A stretch of 64,000 nt of DNA from Longimicrobiales bacterium (GCA_965202985.1 CBDBCF010000001.1:128001-192000), one strand, 5' to 3'; positions 1 through 9,465 are shown, numbered from the stretch's first letter. Notes: generated by a model not told the origin, from the sequence alone. Numbers and translations: made by a program.

Positions 1-423
1 CGGCCCCGTCCGGCCGAAGCCGGTGATCTGGCAGTAGACGAGCCCGGGGTTGTCCTGCCGCAGGAACTCGTACCCCAGCCCGAAGCGCTCCATGACCCCC
101 GGCTTGAAGTTCTCGATCACCACGTCGCACTGCGCGAGCATCCGTTGCAGCACCGCCGGGCCGCCCTCCGCCTTCCAGTCCACCGCGATGCCCCGCTTGT
201 TACGGTTCAGCATGAGGAACGCCCCGTCCTGCGCGCCTTCGGCGCCCGGCGCGAACGCGCGGGTCGGGTCGCCTGCGCCCGGCGGCTCCACCTTCACCAC
301 GTCGGCCCCCAGGTCCGCCAGCATCCGCCCGCAGACCGGGCCGGCCATGACGTGGGCCAGCTCGACGACGCGGACCCCGGACAGGGCGCCCTCGCCCGTC
401 GGCGGCCCGGCGCGCGCGTCCAG
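1..423 (-). CDS. CaiB/BaiF family (class III) CoA-transferase, 5' part; runs off the window edge, start codon uncertain
   Basis: Minus-strand frame not in the ORF track reads GALSGVRVVELAHVMAGPVCGRMLADLGADVVKVEPP...LNRNKRGIAVD...DVVIENFKPGVMERFGLGYE...LVYCQITGFGRTGP, the classic family III N-terminus. No ATG nearby; a CTG at 423 follows a purine-rich stretch. Confidence 0.9.
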   Translation of the reverse strand, partial: MDARAGPPTGEGALSGVRVVELAHVMAGPVCGRMLADLGADVVKVEPPGAGDPTRAFAPGAEGAQDGAFLMLNRNKRGIAVDWKAEGGPAVLQRMLAQCDVVIENFKPGVMERFGLGYEFLRQDNPGLVYCQITGFGRTGP

Positions 424-437
424 CGTCTCCCCTTCCC

Positions 438-1244
438 CTATTCTCCCGCGAACCGGGGCGCGCGCTTCTCCACGAACGCGGCCCGGCCCTCCCGGTAGTC
501 CCGCGTGCGGAACGCCTCGTACGCCTCGTCCTGCTCGGCGCGCGAGACCGCGCCGCCCTCCAGCGCTCGTCGCACGAACTTCTTGTGCCACCGGTTCACC
601 AGCGGCGCGCCCGCCGAGATCGTTCCAGCCAGCCGCAGCGCCTCTTCCACGACGTGGCCGTCTGGGACGATCCGGGCGACCAAGCCCATCTCGCGGGCCC
701 GGCTCGCGTCCACGAACTCGCCGGTCAGCAGCAGCTCCAGCACGGCCCCGGCCCCGGACGCCGCCAGAACCGGCGCCATCTCGTCGTAGGACATCGTCAG
801 GCCCAGGCGGTTCACGGGGATGCCGAAGCGGCTGGACTGGCCGCAGACGCCCAGGTCGCACGCCGCCGCCACCGCCAATCCGCCGCCCGCGCACACGCCC
901 TCCACCGCCGCCACCGTAGGATGCGGACAGCCGCGCACCGCCCCCAAGCCATGCGCCACGACCTCGGCGTACCGCCGTACCTGTTCGGGCGTGTCGCGCT
1001 GCTCGGCGAACGCCCCGATGTCGGACCCGGCGGAGAACGCGCGGTCCCCCGCGCCCCGCACCACCACGCAGCGCACGCCGTCGTCCGCCGACACGTCGTC
1101 GAAGACGCGCCCAAGAAGCGCCCAGCCCTCGCGGTCAAGCACGTTGAGCTTGGCCGGACGGTTCAACGTCGCGACGACGATGCCGCCCGTCCGGCGCTCC
1201 ACGGTCACGCGACCTGCCGGCGCGTCCGGCATGGACTTGCTCAT
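438..1244 (-). CDS. Enoyl-CoA hydratase/isomerase (crotonase) family protein
   Basis: From MSKSMPD: TLNRPAKLN, AFSAGSDI, VEGVCAGGG, ACDL, RDYREGRAAFVEKRAPRF. The ATG overlaps the upstream stop (ATGA). Confidence 0.9.
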   Translation of the reverse strand: MSKSMPDAPAGRVTVERRTGGIVVATLNRPAKLNVLDREGWALLGRVFDDVSADDGVRCVVVRGAGDRAFSAGSDIGAFAEQRDTPEQVRRYAEVVAHGLGAVRGCPHPTVAAVEGVCAGGGLAVAAACDLGVCGQSSRFGIPVNRLGLTMSYDEMAPVLAASGAGAVLELLLTGEFVDASRAREMGLVARIVPDGHVVEEALRLAGTISAGAPLVNRWHKKFVRRALEGGAVSRAEQDEAYEAFRTRDYREGRAAFVEKRAPRFAGE

Positions 1245-1726
1245 GCGCGGCCCTGGGGCGCCCCGGCCTCCTCGATCTCGGCCGACCAGGAGACTTCCAC
1301 CGAGTCCTTGAGGCTCTGGACGGTCGGGCACTTGGCGACGTGACTGGCCAGCGCCCGGTCGATCTTGTCGCGCGGCGCCCCGGCAGGCGGCCGGATCTTG
1401 TAGCGGACGTTGATCTTCGTCAGAACGACGACCCGGTCCACGACCTCGTTGACGCCCTCGGCCTCGGCGGAGACCGCACCGTCGTCCATGGGAATCCCGC
1501 GCACCTCCAGTGCGCCGTTCAGGGTCCCCAGGAGTCAGCCGGCGGCAGCCGCCACCAAGTAGTCCACCGGCAACGGCAGGTCGGGTTCGGCGTCCAACCG
1601 AAAGTGCTTCTTGACGGGGCCGTGGACCCCGAAGTCCACGCGCGTGCCGTCGGCCAGGGTGGCGCGCCGGTGGACGCCGGCCACCTTGACGACGCTGGTC
1701 CGAGCGGTGTAGAAGGCTTTGCTCAT
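1241..1726 (-). CDS. OsmC/Ohr-family peroxiredoxin-like protein, probable selenoprotein (in-frame UGA at 1535-1537)
   Basis: ORFs 1535..1807 and 1241..1504 share a frame and are separated by one TGA in DYLVAAAAG*LLGTLNGALE, the position of the first catalytic Cys of OsmC proteins. The second Cys is in KCPTVQSL. A hairpin follows the TGA. Confidence 0.85.
1490..1529 (-). promoter_or_regulatory. Putative bacterial SECIS element
   Basis: On the mRNA: GCGCAC-UGGAG-GUGCGC upper stem-loop (1499-1515) starting 19 nt after the UGA, with G at loop position 2; a lower stem (GGGA/UCCC) is possible. Confidence 0.7.
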
Positions 1727-1901
1727 CGGGATGTTTCTCGCTGGGAGTTGGGGAGAGGCGCAAGGGGACGGGCGGTTCGCGAAGGCACCGCCAAGGAGCG
1801 TCCCCAAAGTCGAATGTACAGCGCGCCGAAGCCTGGGGCGCTGAGACGGCTGGGCGCCGCTCGGTTGCGTGGTCGCTGGGTGACTATCGCCGCCGGGGCG
1901 A

Positions 1902-3182
1902 TCACCGGTACAGCCACTCCACCAGCGCCATGGGCAGGCCGGGCAGGTAGGTGACCATGAGCAGCACCGCCAGCAGCACGCCCACGAAGGGCAAGTTGGC
2001 CTTGGTGACGCCCCAGATGTCGGCCTTGGCCACGGAGCAGGCCGTGACCAGCACCGAGGCCACCGGAGGCGTCTGCTGACCGATCGCCAGGTTCAGCGTC
2101 ACGACCAGCCCGAAGTGCACGGGGTCGATGCCCACGCTGTGCACTAGCGGCATCACGATCGGCACCACCAGGATGATCGCGGCCGCCGAGTGCAGGAAGA
2201 GCCCGATGGCCAGCAGGAAGACGTTGAGCAGGCCGAGGACTGCCAGCTTGGACTCGGTGACGCCCATGATCGCCGACGCCACCTGCTGGGGCACGCGGGC
2301 CTCCGTCAGGTAGTCGCCCAGCAGCGCCGACGTGGCCACCAACAGCATGACGACCGCGGTCTGGCTGCCGCTGTCCAGGATCGCGCGCTTCAGGCCCTTC
2401 CAGTCGAGTTCGCGGTAGACGAGTCCGCCGATAACAAGCGACGCCGCCACGGCCAGGCCGGCGCCCTCGGTGGCCGTGACCCAGCCGCCGAAGATGCCGC
2501 CCAGGATGATCACCGGAAGCAGCAGCGACCAGCCCGCGGCCCGGAACGTCTCGGCCACGCGGCGGAAGCGGAACGCCTCCTCCATCGGCAGGTCGGCTCG
2601 GCGCGCCCAGATGTACGCGACCAGCATCATCAGCAGGCCGCCGATCACGCCGGGCACGATCCCGGCCACGAAGAGCTCGACGACGGAGCTGCTCGACATG
2701 ACGCCGTACAGGATCATCGGGATCGACGGCGGGATGATCACGGCCAGCGTGCCCGACGAAGAGGTGACGGCGGCGGCGAAGTTGCGCGAATAGCCCTTCT
2801 TCTTCATCGCCGGAATCAGGATCGAGCCCAGCGCCGCCACGTCGGCCACCGCGCTCCCCGATATCTCCGCGAAGAAGAGCGACGCCGAGATGCTCACCAT
2901 CGCCAGCCCGCCCCGGATGAAGCCGAAGACGGCGGACGCGAACGCCACCAGCCGCCGCGAGATCCCCGAAGCGTTCATGATGGCGCCCGCCAGGATGAAC
3001 AACGGGATCGCGATCAGCGGGAACCGCGTCGCCCCCGAATACATGACCAGCCCCACGTTGGGCAGCCCTTCGACCCCCGCGGCGCCCACGATCGCCGCCA
3101 CCGCCATGAGCCCCAGCGCCACCGCGACTGGCACGTTCAGCAGGACCAGCACCAGGAACAGGACGACGACGCCCGCGCTCAC
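1902..3182 (-). CDS. dctM: TRAP transporter large permease
   Basis: AIPLFILAGAIMNASGISRRL, ISGSAVADVAALGSILIPAM, IIPPSIPMILY, GIDPVHFG, GQQTPPV motifs; highly hydrophobic. Confidence 0.95.
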   Translation of the reverse strand: MSAGVVVLFLVLVLLNVPVAVALGLMAVAAIVGAAGVEGLPNVGLVMYSGATRFPLIAIPLFILAGAIMNASGISRRLVAFASAVFGFIRGGLAMVSISASLFFAEISGSAVADVAALGSILIPAMKKKGYSRNFAAAVTSSSGTLAVIIPPSIPMILYGVMSSSSVVELFVAGIVPGVIGGLLMMLVAYIWARRADLPMEEAFRFRRVAETFRAAGWSLLLPVIILGGIFGGWVTATEGAGLAVAASLVIGGLVYRELDWKGLKRAILDSGSQTAVVMLLVATSALLGDYLTEARVPQQVASAIMGVTESKLAVLGLLNVFLLAIGLFLHSAAAIILVVPIVMPLVHSVGIDPVHFGLVVTLNLAIGQQTPPVASVLVTACSVAKADIWGVTKANLPFVGVLLAVLLMVTYLPGLPMALVEWLYR

Positions 3183-3183
3183 G

Positions 3184-3696
3184 TCAGCCCTCCCGCTCCG
3201 GACTGCCCGCCCCCGCCAGCGCCTCCGGAAGGCTGAACGCCTGCGCCGCTAGACACAGCACCGCGCCGACCGGAATGACCGACTGGGCCAGCGCCGCGGG
3301 CACCTGGGGCATGCTGACCAGCGTGTCTCCCGCCAGCGACATCTGCACCTGCCACCCCGCCCAGGCCAGGACCACGAAGAAGAGCGCCGTCGCGCCCTCG
3401 GCGAGCAGCACGGCCCCGGTCCGCGCCCGCCCCCGCAACCGCTCCACCAGCGTCGGCACGCCGATGTGCCCCCGCCGCAGGAAGGCCAGCGCGGCGCCGT
3501 AGTAGGTCAGCCACGCCAGCAGGATCGACGCCGCCTCGTCGTACCACACCAGCGACGCCCCCGCCTTGCGGAAGCCGACCCCCAGCACCACGACCGCCGC
3601 TAGCGCCACCGCCAGGATGATCACGATCCACTCGAGCCCGATGCGGAACGCGGCGCGAAGCTTCGGAAGGTCAGGGCGAGCCTTGGCGACCGTCAT
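3184..3696 (-). CDS. dctQ: TRAP transporter small permease
   Basis: Four hydrophobic segments, WYDEAASILLAWLTYYGAALA...HIGV motif, directly upstream of dctM. Confidence 0.9.
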   Translation of the reverse strand: MTVAKARPDLPKLRAAFRIGLEWIVIILAVALAAVVVLGVGFRKAGASLVWYDEAASILLAWLTYYGAALAFLRRGHIGVPTLVERLRGRARTGAVLLAEGATALFFVVLAWAGWQVQMSLAGDTLVSMPQVPAALAQSVIPVGAVLCLAAQAFSLPEALAGAGSPEREG

Positions 3697-3792
3697 GGGC
3701 GCATCGGCATGGCGCGCCTGGACGCCCGCATACGACTTGGCGGCAGGCCGGCGGAATCCGACTCGGGACCCTCCACGCCTAGTCTGGTCCAG

Positions 3793-4074
3793 CTAGCGAA
3801 CGACGGAGATGCCGTTGGCCGCCTCGGCCAGCAGGTCGTCCCCCGTGTCGCATTCCACCGCGGCGTCGAACACCTGGACCAGCTGCTCGGGCTCCATCAC
3901 CCCCACCAATTCCTCCAGACGCTTCGCCGTCTCCGCCCCGAACTTCCGCGACGCCAGACGAAGCACCATCTCCCGGCGACCCCGCGCCACGCCCCGCTTC
4001 ACGCCCTTCCTTACGCCCTTCGCCATGCCCGTGCGCTGTTGTTCCTCCACCCACTGCTCGTACGTCTGCTCCAT
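3793..4074 (-). CDS. Putative in-frame intragenic small protein (RpnS-type antitoxin, 93 aa)
   Basis: AGGAGGT lies 7 nt upstream of an in-frame ATG (MEQTYEQW...) just before the C-terminal repeat. Confidence 0.65.
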   Translation of the reverse strand: MEQTYEQWVEEQQRTGMAKGVRKGVKRGVARGRREMVLRLASRKFGAETAKRLEELVGVMEPEQLVQVFDAAVECDTGDDLLAEAANGISVVR

Positions 4075-4962
4075 CTCCGGCACCTCCTCTGGTTGAATGA
4101 TCTGCCGCTCGACGACCCGCCTCCGCTCCGTCGGCACGCCCGCCGCGCGCATCCGCTCGTCCGTCCACTTCGCGAACGCCCGGCGCGCCGACGCATGCTC
4201 CTCCCCGGCCCACTGCTTTGCCAATGAAGCGTGCACCCGCCGAAAGGCGCCCCACGGCTTCCGCTCCAACGCGCCCAGCCAGCCCAGCAACGAACCCTCC
4301 GGCAGCAAGTCTTGCGCCGACGCCGACTGCAAGTCAAGCACTTCGTAGCTGTGCGTGCTCGCGCCGGCGCCGGCCCAGACCGCGCCGGGAGGCGGCGCCG
4401 GCGTGCGCGTCAGGGCGGCCAAACTGGTCGCTGCGGTCCAGGGCTCCGGGCCGGTGTGGAGGACGCGGGCGAGAACGAGGGGCACGGAGCCGTCGGGGTC
4501 CAGCATCTTCGGGTTGGCACGCAGCATCTCGATCGTCCCGGTGGCGTAGCCCAAGGTGCGGAGCGCCATGTCGGGATCGTGGGAGGACTGGAACTCGACC
4601 AGGAAGACGACCGAGGCGGCGCTGTCCTTGAACCAGACGCGCACCGCGAGGTCGGCCAGCCTGCGTTCGAGGCCCGGGGAGATCGTCTCGGTGGGGACGA
4701 GTTCGGCGGTGTCGAGGTCGAGGACGTCGTGGCCTCCGGCGGCGAGGAAGTCGCGGATCAGGGACTTGATGGCCACGTCGTGGGCGAAGAGGGCCTTGTA
4801 GGTCTGGTCGTGGGGACGCCGCTCGCGCCGGCTGGGACCGGCGTCGGCCGGGTCCGGGGCGTCATTGGACGGGTCCGGGGTCTCGCCGGCGGTGGCCTCG
4901 TCGGGGGAGCGGAGAGCGTCGCTAGCGCTGGGGGATCGGGGTTCGCTGCGGGGTCGGTCCAT
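3793..4962 (-). CDS. Rpn/YhgA-like PD-(D/E)xK nuclease (RpnL)
   Basis: PHDQTYKALF, RLADLAVRV, VFLVEFQSSHDPDMALR motifs; C-terminal GMAKGVRKGVKRGVARG repeat and LASRKFG tail. Start placed at MDRPRS (uncertain). Confidence 0.85.
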   Translation of the reverse strand: MDRPRSEPRSPSASDALRSPDEATAGETPDPSNDAPDPADAGPSRRERRPHDQTYKALFAHDVAIKSLIRDFLAAGGHDVLDLDTAELVPTETISPGLERRLADLAVRVWFKDSAASVVFLVEFQSSHDPDMALRTLGYATGTIEMLRANPKMLDPDGSVPLVLARVLHTGPEPWTAATSLAALTRTPAPPPGAVWAGAGASTHSYEVLDLQSASAQDLLPEGSLLGWLGALERKPWGAFRRVHASLAKQWAGEEHASARRAFAKWTDERMRAAGVPTERRRVVERQIIQPEEVPEMEQTYEQWVEEQQRTGMAKGVRKGVKRGVARGRREMVLRLASRKFGAETAKRLEELVGVMEPEQLVQVFDAAVECDTGDDLLAEAANGISVVR

Positions 4963-5149
4963 CTGGACGAGCGGCCTTTCTCGAGTGGGTCTCGTGCCGC
5001 CTCTCCGGGGCGGATACCCAAAACGATGGGGCCGAAATCGGGGCGTTTGGATAGCTGTTTGAGCCCGACTTGCAGCGCGTGCCCGCGAATCCGCGCCGCC
5101 CCCTTGCGGCGCCACGGATTTCGCTCGTTTCGGGCGGGGAAAATCAGCC

Positions 5150-6202
5150 CTAGTCGAACGCCAGCGGCAGGACCCTGGCGACCAACGCGCCCCCCGCCTC
5201 CACCTCCGAGCCGAACTCCTCGTATATCGCCTGGCTGCCCTCCAGGAACAGCGTCCGATCCACGGCGTTCACGGCCACTCCGGCGGCGCGAATCTCCTCC
5301 AGCAGGTCGCGGTCCAGCCGCTCGGCAGTCTCGTAGACGAACGACTGAACGGCCCTGGCCTCCTGCTCCAGGACCGTGCGCACCTCTTGCGGCAACCGGT
5401 TCCAGCGGGACGGCGACACGGCGACGTAGGCGGGCGTGTAGACGTGGGCGGTCATCGACAGGTACTTCTGCTCTTCGTGGAGCTTGGAGGCGTAAATCTG
5501 CGCCAGCGGGTTCTCCTGGCCGTCCACGGCGCCGGTGCGCAGCGCCACGAAGACCTCGGAGAGCGCCATCGGCGTAGGGTTGGCGCCGAAGCGCTGGAAG
5601 AGCTTTACGCGCCAGACGCCGCGGGGCGTGCGGAGCTTGATCCCGGCCAAGTCCGCCGGCGAAGCGACCGGCCGCACGTTGTTGGTGACGTGGCGGAAGC
5701 CGTTCTCCCACACCGAGATGATCTTGTAGCCCTCGGCCTCCGCCAGCGGCGCCAGCTCGGACCAGAACAGCTCCTCTTCGATCTTCTTCATGTGCTCGCG
5801 GTCGTCCACGATGTACGGCATCTCGAAGAGCCCGAACTCGTCGATCCGCGACGACATGACCGACGACGGCAGCGCCAAGTCCACCGTCCCCAGCTTGAGC
5901 TTCTGAAGCAGGACCTCGTCGCCCCCCAACTGGCTGGACCCGTAGACGATCACGCTGGCCCGCCCTTGCAGGCGCAGGTTCGCCCGGCGAGCGAACTCGT
6001 CCGCGGACAGGGCGAAGAGGGAACCGGGCGCGCCCACATGGCCGAATTTGAGTTCGACGGGGCCGTCGGGGGTCCGTTCGCCGCAAGCGACCGCGGGCAG
6101 AACCAGGAGAGCCAGCGCCGCCCAAGTCCGTCGCGCCACGCCGTCGGTGGTCGTCGTAGGAGCCCGCCCCGCGCAGACAGCGATCGATCGCCGAATCCTC
6201 AT
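5150..6202 (-). CDS. dctP: TRAP transporter substrate-binding protein, lipoprotein-like
   Basis: LKFGHV, SSQLGGD, WENGFRH, DLAGIKLRTP, GAVDGQENPL, QKYLSMTAHVY; hydrophobic segment ending in AVAC. Confidence 0.93.
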   Translation of the reverse strand: MRIRRSIAVCAGRAPTTTTDGVARRTWAALALLVLPAVACGERTPDGPVELKFGHVGAPGSLFALSADEFARRANLRLQGRASVIVYGSSQLGGDEVLLQKLKLGTVDLALPSSVMSSRIDEFGLFEMPYIVDDREHMKKIEEELFWSELAPLAEAEGYKIISVWENGFRHVTNNVRPVASPADLAGIKLRTPRGVWRVKLFQRFGANPTPMALSEVFVALRTGAVDGQENPLAQIYASKLHEEQKYLSMTAHVYTPAYVAVSPSRWNRLPQEVRTVLEQEARAVQSFVYETAERLDRDLLEEIRAAGVAVNAVDRTLFLEGSQAIYEEFGSEVEAGGALVARVLPLAFD

Positions 6203-6288
6203 TTCGCTCCTCTTCCTCTTGTCGCGTCGCGTGTCGTCGTGTCGCACTTCGACGCTGTCGGTCGCCCTCGCCTTGGGTCGTCGCGCCC

Positions 6289-9200
6289 TTGCCTTGCACG
6301 GGAAGTCGCGTTGCCCCCAGCCTGTTCCCTTCCCCCTGTTCCCTTCCCCGCAGTCGGCTGGACCCCGACATCGGCCCAACCCGACCTCGGCCCGACAAGA
6401 AGGCGCCGCTCCTTGCAAAGCCGAAGATAGTAGTGTCCCGCCCAACCGCCGACCACCGCTCGCGACTTGCCGCCCGCCTGCGCCGACACGTGCAGGGCGA
6501 CGTGCGGTTCGACGCGACCACGCGCGGCCTCTACGCCACCGACGCCTCCATCTACCAGATCGAGCCGCTGGGGGTGGTCCTGCCGCGCTCGCTGGACGAT
6601 GTCGAGGCCGTGATGGGCGCGGCCCGCGAAGAGGGGGCGCCGGTGCTGCCCCGTGGCGGCGGGACCTCGCAGTGCGGTCAGACGGTGGGGCGCGCCGTGG
6701 TCGTGGACACGTCGCGGCACCTGAACCGGTTGCTGGAAGTGGATCGAGAGGCACGCACCGCATGGGTCGAGCCGGGGTTGGTGCTGGACGAGCTGAACCG
6801 CCGGCTGGCGCCGTCGGGCCTCTGCTTTCCGGTGGACGTGGCCACGGCCAGCCGTGCCACGCTGGGCGGAATGGCCGGCAACAACAGCGGTGGCGCACGC
6901 TCGATCCGCTACGGGATCATGGCCGACAACGTGCTGGCCGTGGAAGCGGTGCTGCCCGACGGGCGGGTGGCCGTGTTCGGGCCGGAGCCGGAGAACGCTG
7001 CACGGCAGCCCGAGGGCGCGGCGAGGACAAGCGCGGCCGGCGCCGACGTTGCGGACGTGGTCCAAGTCGTTCGGCAGATCGCGGCTCGCGAGGCCGACGA
7101 GCTGGATCGACGGGTCCCCAAGGTGCTGCGCCATGTGGCCGGCTACAATCTGCACCGCCTGCTTCGGCCCGGCGCTTCGATGGCGGAGCTGCTGGTCGGC
7201 TCCGAGGGCACGCTGGCGTTCTTTCGGCGCATCCAGTTGAGGCTGTGGCCGGTGCCGTCCCGGCGCGTGCTGGGCGTGTGCGGGTTCCCCTCCCTGGCGG
7301 ACGCGCTGGGCGCGGTGCCGCAGCTGGCGACCCTCGAGCCCCACGCCGTGGAGCTGCTGGACGACGCGCCGCTCCAGTTGGCCCGCGAGAACCCGTCGTT
7401 CCGCGCCACGGTGGAGGCGGTCGTCGATCCGGCGGCGCGTTCGGTGCTGCTTGTGGAGTTCGCGGACGGAGGAGCGGACGCGATGCCCCGAGACCCGGAC
7501 GCGCTCTCCACAGGCCCAGGCGCGCGCTCCCGCCGCTTGGCGGAGTTGGACGACTTGGTGCGGGGCTTGGGACCGGGCTGGAGCGTCGCGGCGGTGGAAG
7601 ACCCGGTGCAGCAGGCGGCGGTGTGGAGCGTGCGCCGGGCAGCGCTGAACATCGTGATGTCCCGGAAGGGCGCCCGAAAGCCGGTGTCGGTCGTGGAGGA
7701 CTGCGCGGTTCCTCTGGACCGGCTGGCCGAGTACGCCGCCGCCGTGGAAGCGGTCTTCGCCCGCCACGGGACCAGCGGAACCTGGTATGCGCACGCCTCC
7801 GTCGGATGTCTTCACGTGCGACCGTCCCTGGACATGAAGGACCCCGCCGACGTGGCGACGTTCCGGGCCGTGGCCGAGGAGGTCCACGACGTGGTCGCCG
7901 GCCTGGGCGGCTCGCACTCGGGCGAGCACGGCGACGGCATTCTGCGGTCCGAGTTCATCGAACCCGTGCTGGGCGCCCGCCTGGTGCAGGCGTTCCGCGA
8001 GGTGAAGCGCGCCTTCGACCCGGACGGCATGATGAATCCGGGCAAGATCGTGGACCCGCCGCGCATGGACGACCGCCGCCTGTTCCGGTACGCGCCCGAC
8101 TACGGTCCTTCGGGCCGCCTGCCAACGGTGCCGCCGCGCTTCGTGGAGACCGTCGAGTCGTGCAACAACAACGGCGCCTGCCGGAAGCTGGAGCCCGGCG
8201 TCATGTGCCCGTCGTACCGGGCGACCCGAGAAGAGGTGGACACGACCCGGGGCCGCGCCAACGTGCTGCGCCTGGCCATGACCGGCCAGCTCGGGGCCGA
8301 CGGCCTCTTCGGCGAGGCGGTGGCCCAGGCGCTGGACCTGTGCGTGGGCTGCAAGGCGTGCAAGCGCGAGTGCCCCGCGGGCGTGGACATGGCGCGACTG
8401 AAGGCCGGCGTGCTCCACCTTCGACACCAGCGCCAACGGCCGGGGCGGCGGACGCGACTGTTCGCGGGTCTGCCGCGCCTGGCGCCCGTCGCGTCGAAGG
8501 CGGCGTGGGCGCTCAACGCGCGCAACCAAAGCCGGGGTCTCGCTTGGGCCGGGGAGCGCCTGCTTGGCGTTTCGGCGACGCGCGCTCTTCCGGAGTGGAG
8601 TCGTCAACCGTTTCGGGACGCAGAACTGTCCCCGCCGTCGTGTTTGACAGATTCTTTGACAAATAGTGGGTACAATTTGTCAAATGGGACCGACGAGGCC
8701 CCAGGGCGGCCCGTGGTCCTCTTCGCGGACACCTTCAACCGGTACTTCGAACCGCATGTTCTGCGGGCGGCGGCCGCCGTGCTTCGGGCCTTGGGGATCA
8801 AGCCTACGGTACCGGCGACGGCAAGTCCGGACGGCGAAGCGCCTCGTAGCCCGCTACGTCCCCTGTGCTGCGGCCGCACCTACATCAGCGCCGGAATGCT
8901 GGATCATGCCCGGACGGAGTTGCGCCGCACCGTGGGCCGACTGGCACCGTTGGTTGCGGCCGGTATGCCGGTGGTGGGCGTCGAGCCGTCGTGTCTGCTC
9001 ACCTTGCGCGACGAAGCGCTGGACTTGGTGCCCGGGGACGACGCCCGGCGAGTTGCGGCCCGGTCGTTCTTGCTGGACGAATACTTGGCGGCGCGGCCGA
9101 AGCTACTGGCCGAGGCCGACACCACGAAGAGCGCATCGCGCGATCGAACCGCGGTGGTTCACGGCCACTGCCATCAGAAGGCCGACGGCGACGACGGCGC

Positions 9201-9465
9201 CACGGAAACCGTACTGAGCACGCTGGCCGGCATGAAGACCGTATCCGTGCCTTCGAGCTGCTGCGGCATGGCCGGCTCGTTCGGCTACGAGGCGGAGCAC
9301 GCCGAAGTCTCGCGCACCATGGGCGAACTTGCCCTGCTCCCGGCGGTCCGCGCCGCCCCGGCCGGTGCGGTCGTCGTCGCCAACGGGTTCAGCTGCCGCG
9401 CTCAGATCCTGGACGGGACGGGCAGGACGGCGCGGCACGTGGCAGAGGTGCTGGTAGGGTTGTAG
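6289..9465 (+). CDS. FAD-binding and Fe-S-binding oxidoreductase (YdiJ-like, GlcD/GlcF-type fusion); true start probably slightly downstream
   Basis: LYATDASIYQ, PRGGGTSQCGQ, GEHGDG, CNNNGAC, MCPS, CVGCKACKRECP, LCCGR, HGHCHQKA, CCGMAGSFGYE motifs. Confidence 0.92.
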   Translation: MPCTGSRVAPSLFPSPCSLPRSRLDPDIGPTRPRPDKKAPLLAKPKIVVSRPTADHRSRLAARLRRHVQGDVRFDATTRGLYATDASIYQIEPLGVVLPRSLDDVEAVMGAAREEGAPVLPRGGGTSQCGQTVGRAVVVDTSRHLNRLLEVDREARTAWVEPGLVLDELNRRLAPSGLCFPVDVATASRATLGGMAGNNSGGARSIRYGIMADNVLAVEAVLPDGRVAVFGPEPENAARQPEGAARTSAAGADVADVVQVVRQIAAREADELDRRVPKVLRHVAGYNLHRLLRPGASMAELLVGSEGTLAFFRRIQLRLWPVPSRRVLGVCGFPSLADALGAVPQLATLEPHAVELLDDAPLQLARENPSFRATVEAVVDPAARSVLLVEFADGGADAMPRDPDALSTGPGARSRRLAELDDLVRGLGPGWSVAAVEDPVQQAAVWSVRRAALNIVMSRKGARKPVSVVEDCAVPLDRLAEYAAAVEAVFARHGTSGTWYAHASVGCLHVRPSLDMKDPADVATFRAVAEEVHDVVAGLGGSHSGEHGDGILRSEFIEPVLGARLVQAFREVKRAFDPDGMMNPGKIVDPPRMDDRRLFRYAPDYGPSGRLPTVPPRFVETVESCNNNGACRKLEPGVMCPSYRATREEVDTTRGRANVLRLAMTGQLGADGLFGEAVAQALDLCVGCKACKRECPAGVDMARLKAGVLHLRHQRQRPGRRTRLFAGLPRLAPVASKAAWALNARNQSRGLAWAGERLLGVSATRALPEWSRQPFRDAELSPPSCLTDSLTNSGYNLSNGTDEAPGRPVVLFADTFNRYFEPHVLRAAAAVLRALGIKPTVPATASPDGEAPRSPLRPLCCGRTYISAGMLDHARTELRRTVGRLAPLVAAGMPVVGVEPSCLLTLRDEALDLVPGDDARRVAARSFLLDEYLAARPKLLAEADTTKSASRDRTAVVHGHCHQKADGDDGATETVLSTLAGMKTVSVPSSCCGMAGSFGYEAEHAEVSRTMGELALLPAVRAAPAGAVVVANGFSCRAQILDGTGRTARHVAEVLVGL
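8655..8684. repeat. Perfect 10-bp AT-rich inverted repeat with 10-nt spacer inside a CDS
   Basis: TTTGACAAAT-agtgggtaca-ATTTGTCAAA, preceded by a third TTTGACA at 8643-8649. Confidence 0.85.

Noticed and set aside
3793..4962. Calling the Rpn gene an IS transposase
   Set aside because: The family is often labelled putative transposase, but it is a PD-(D/E)xK nuclease, and no terminal repeats or target duplication were seen.
8644..8676. TTGACA and TACAAT as an internal sigma70 promoter
   Set aside because: Spacers are 21 or 9 nt, not 16-18.
8655..8685. Possible XerCD dif site
   Set aside because: The right arm resembles a XerD box, but the 11-6-11 geometry and XerC arm do not fit. Kept only as an unexplained palindrome.
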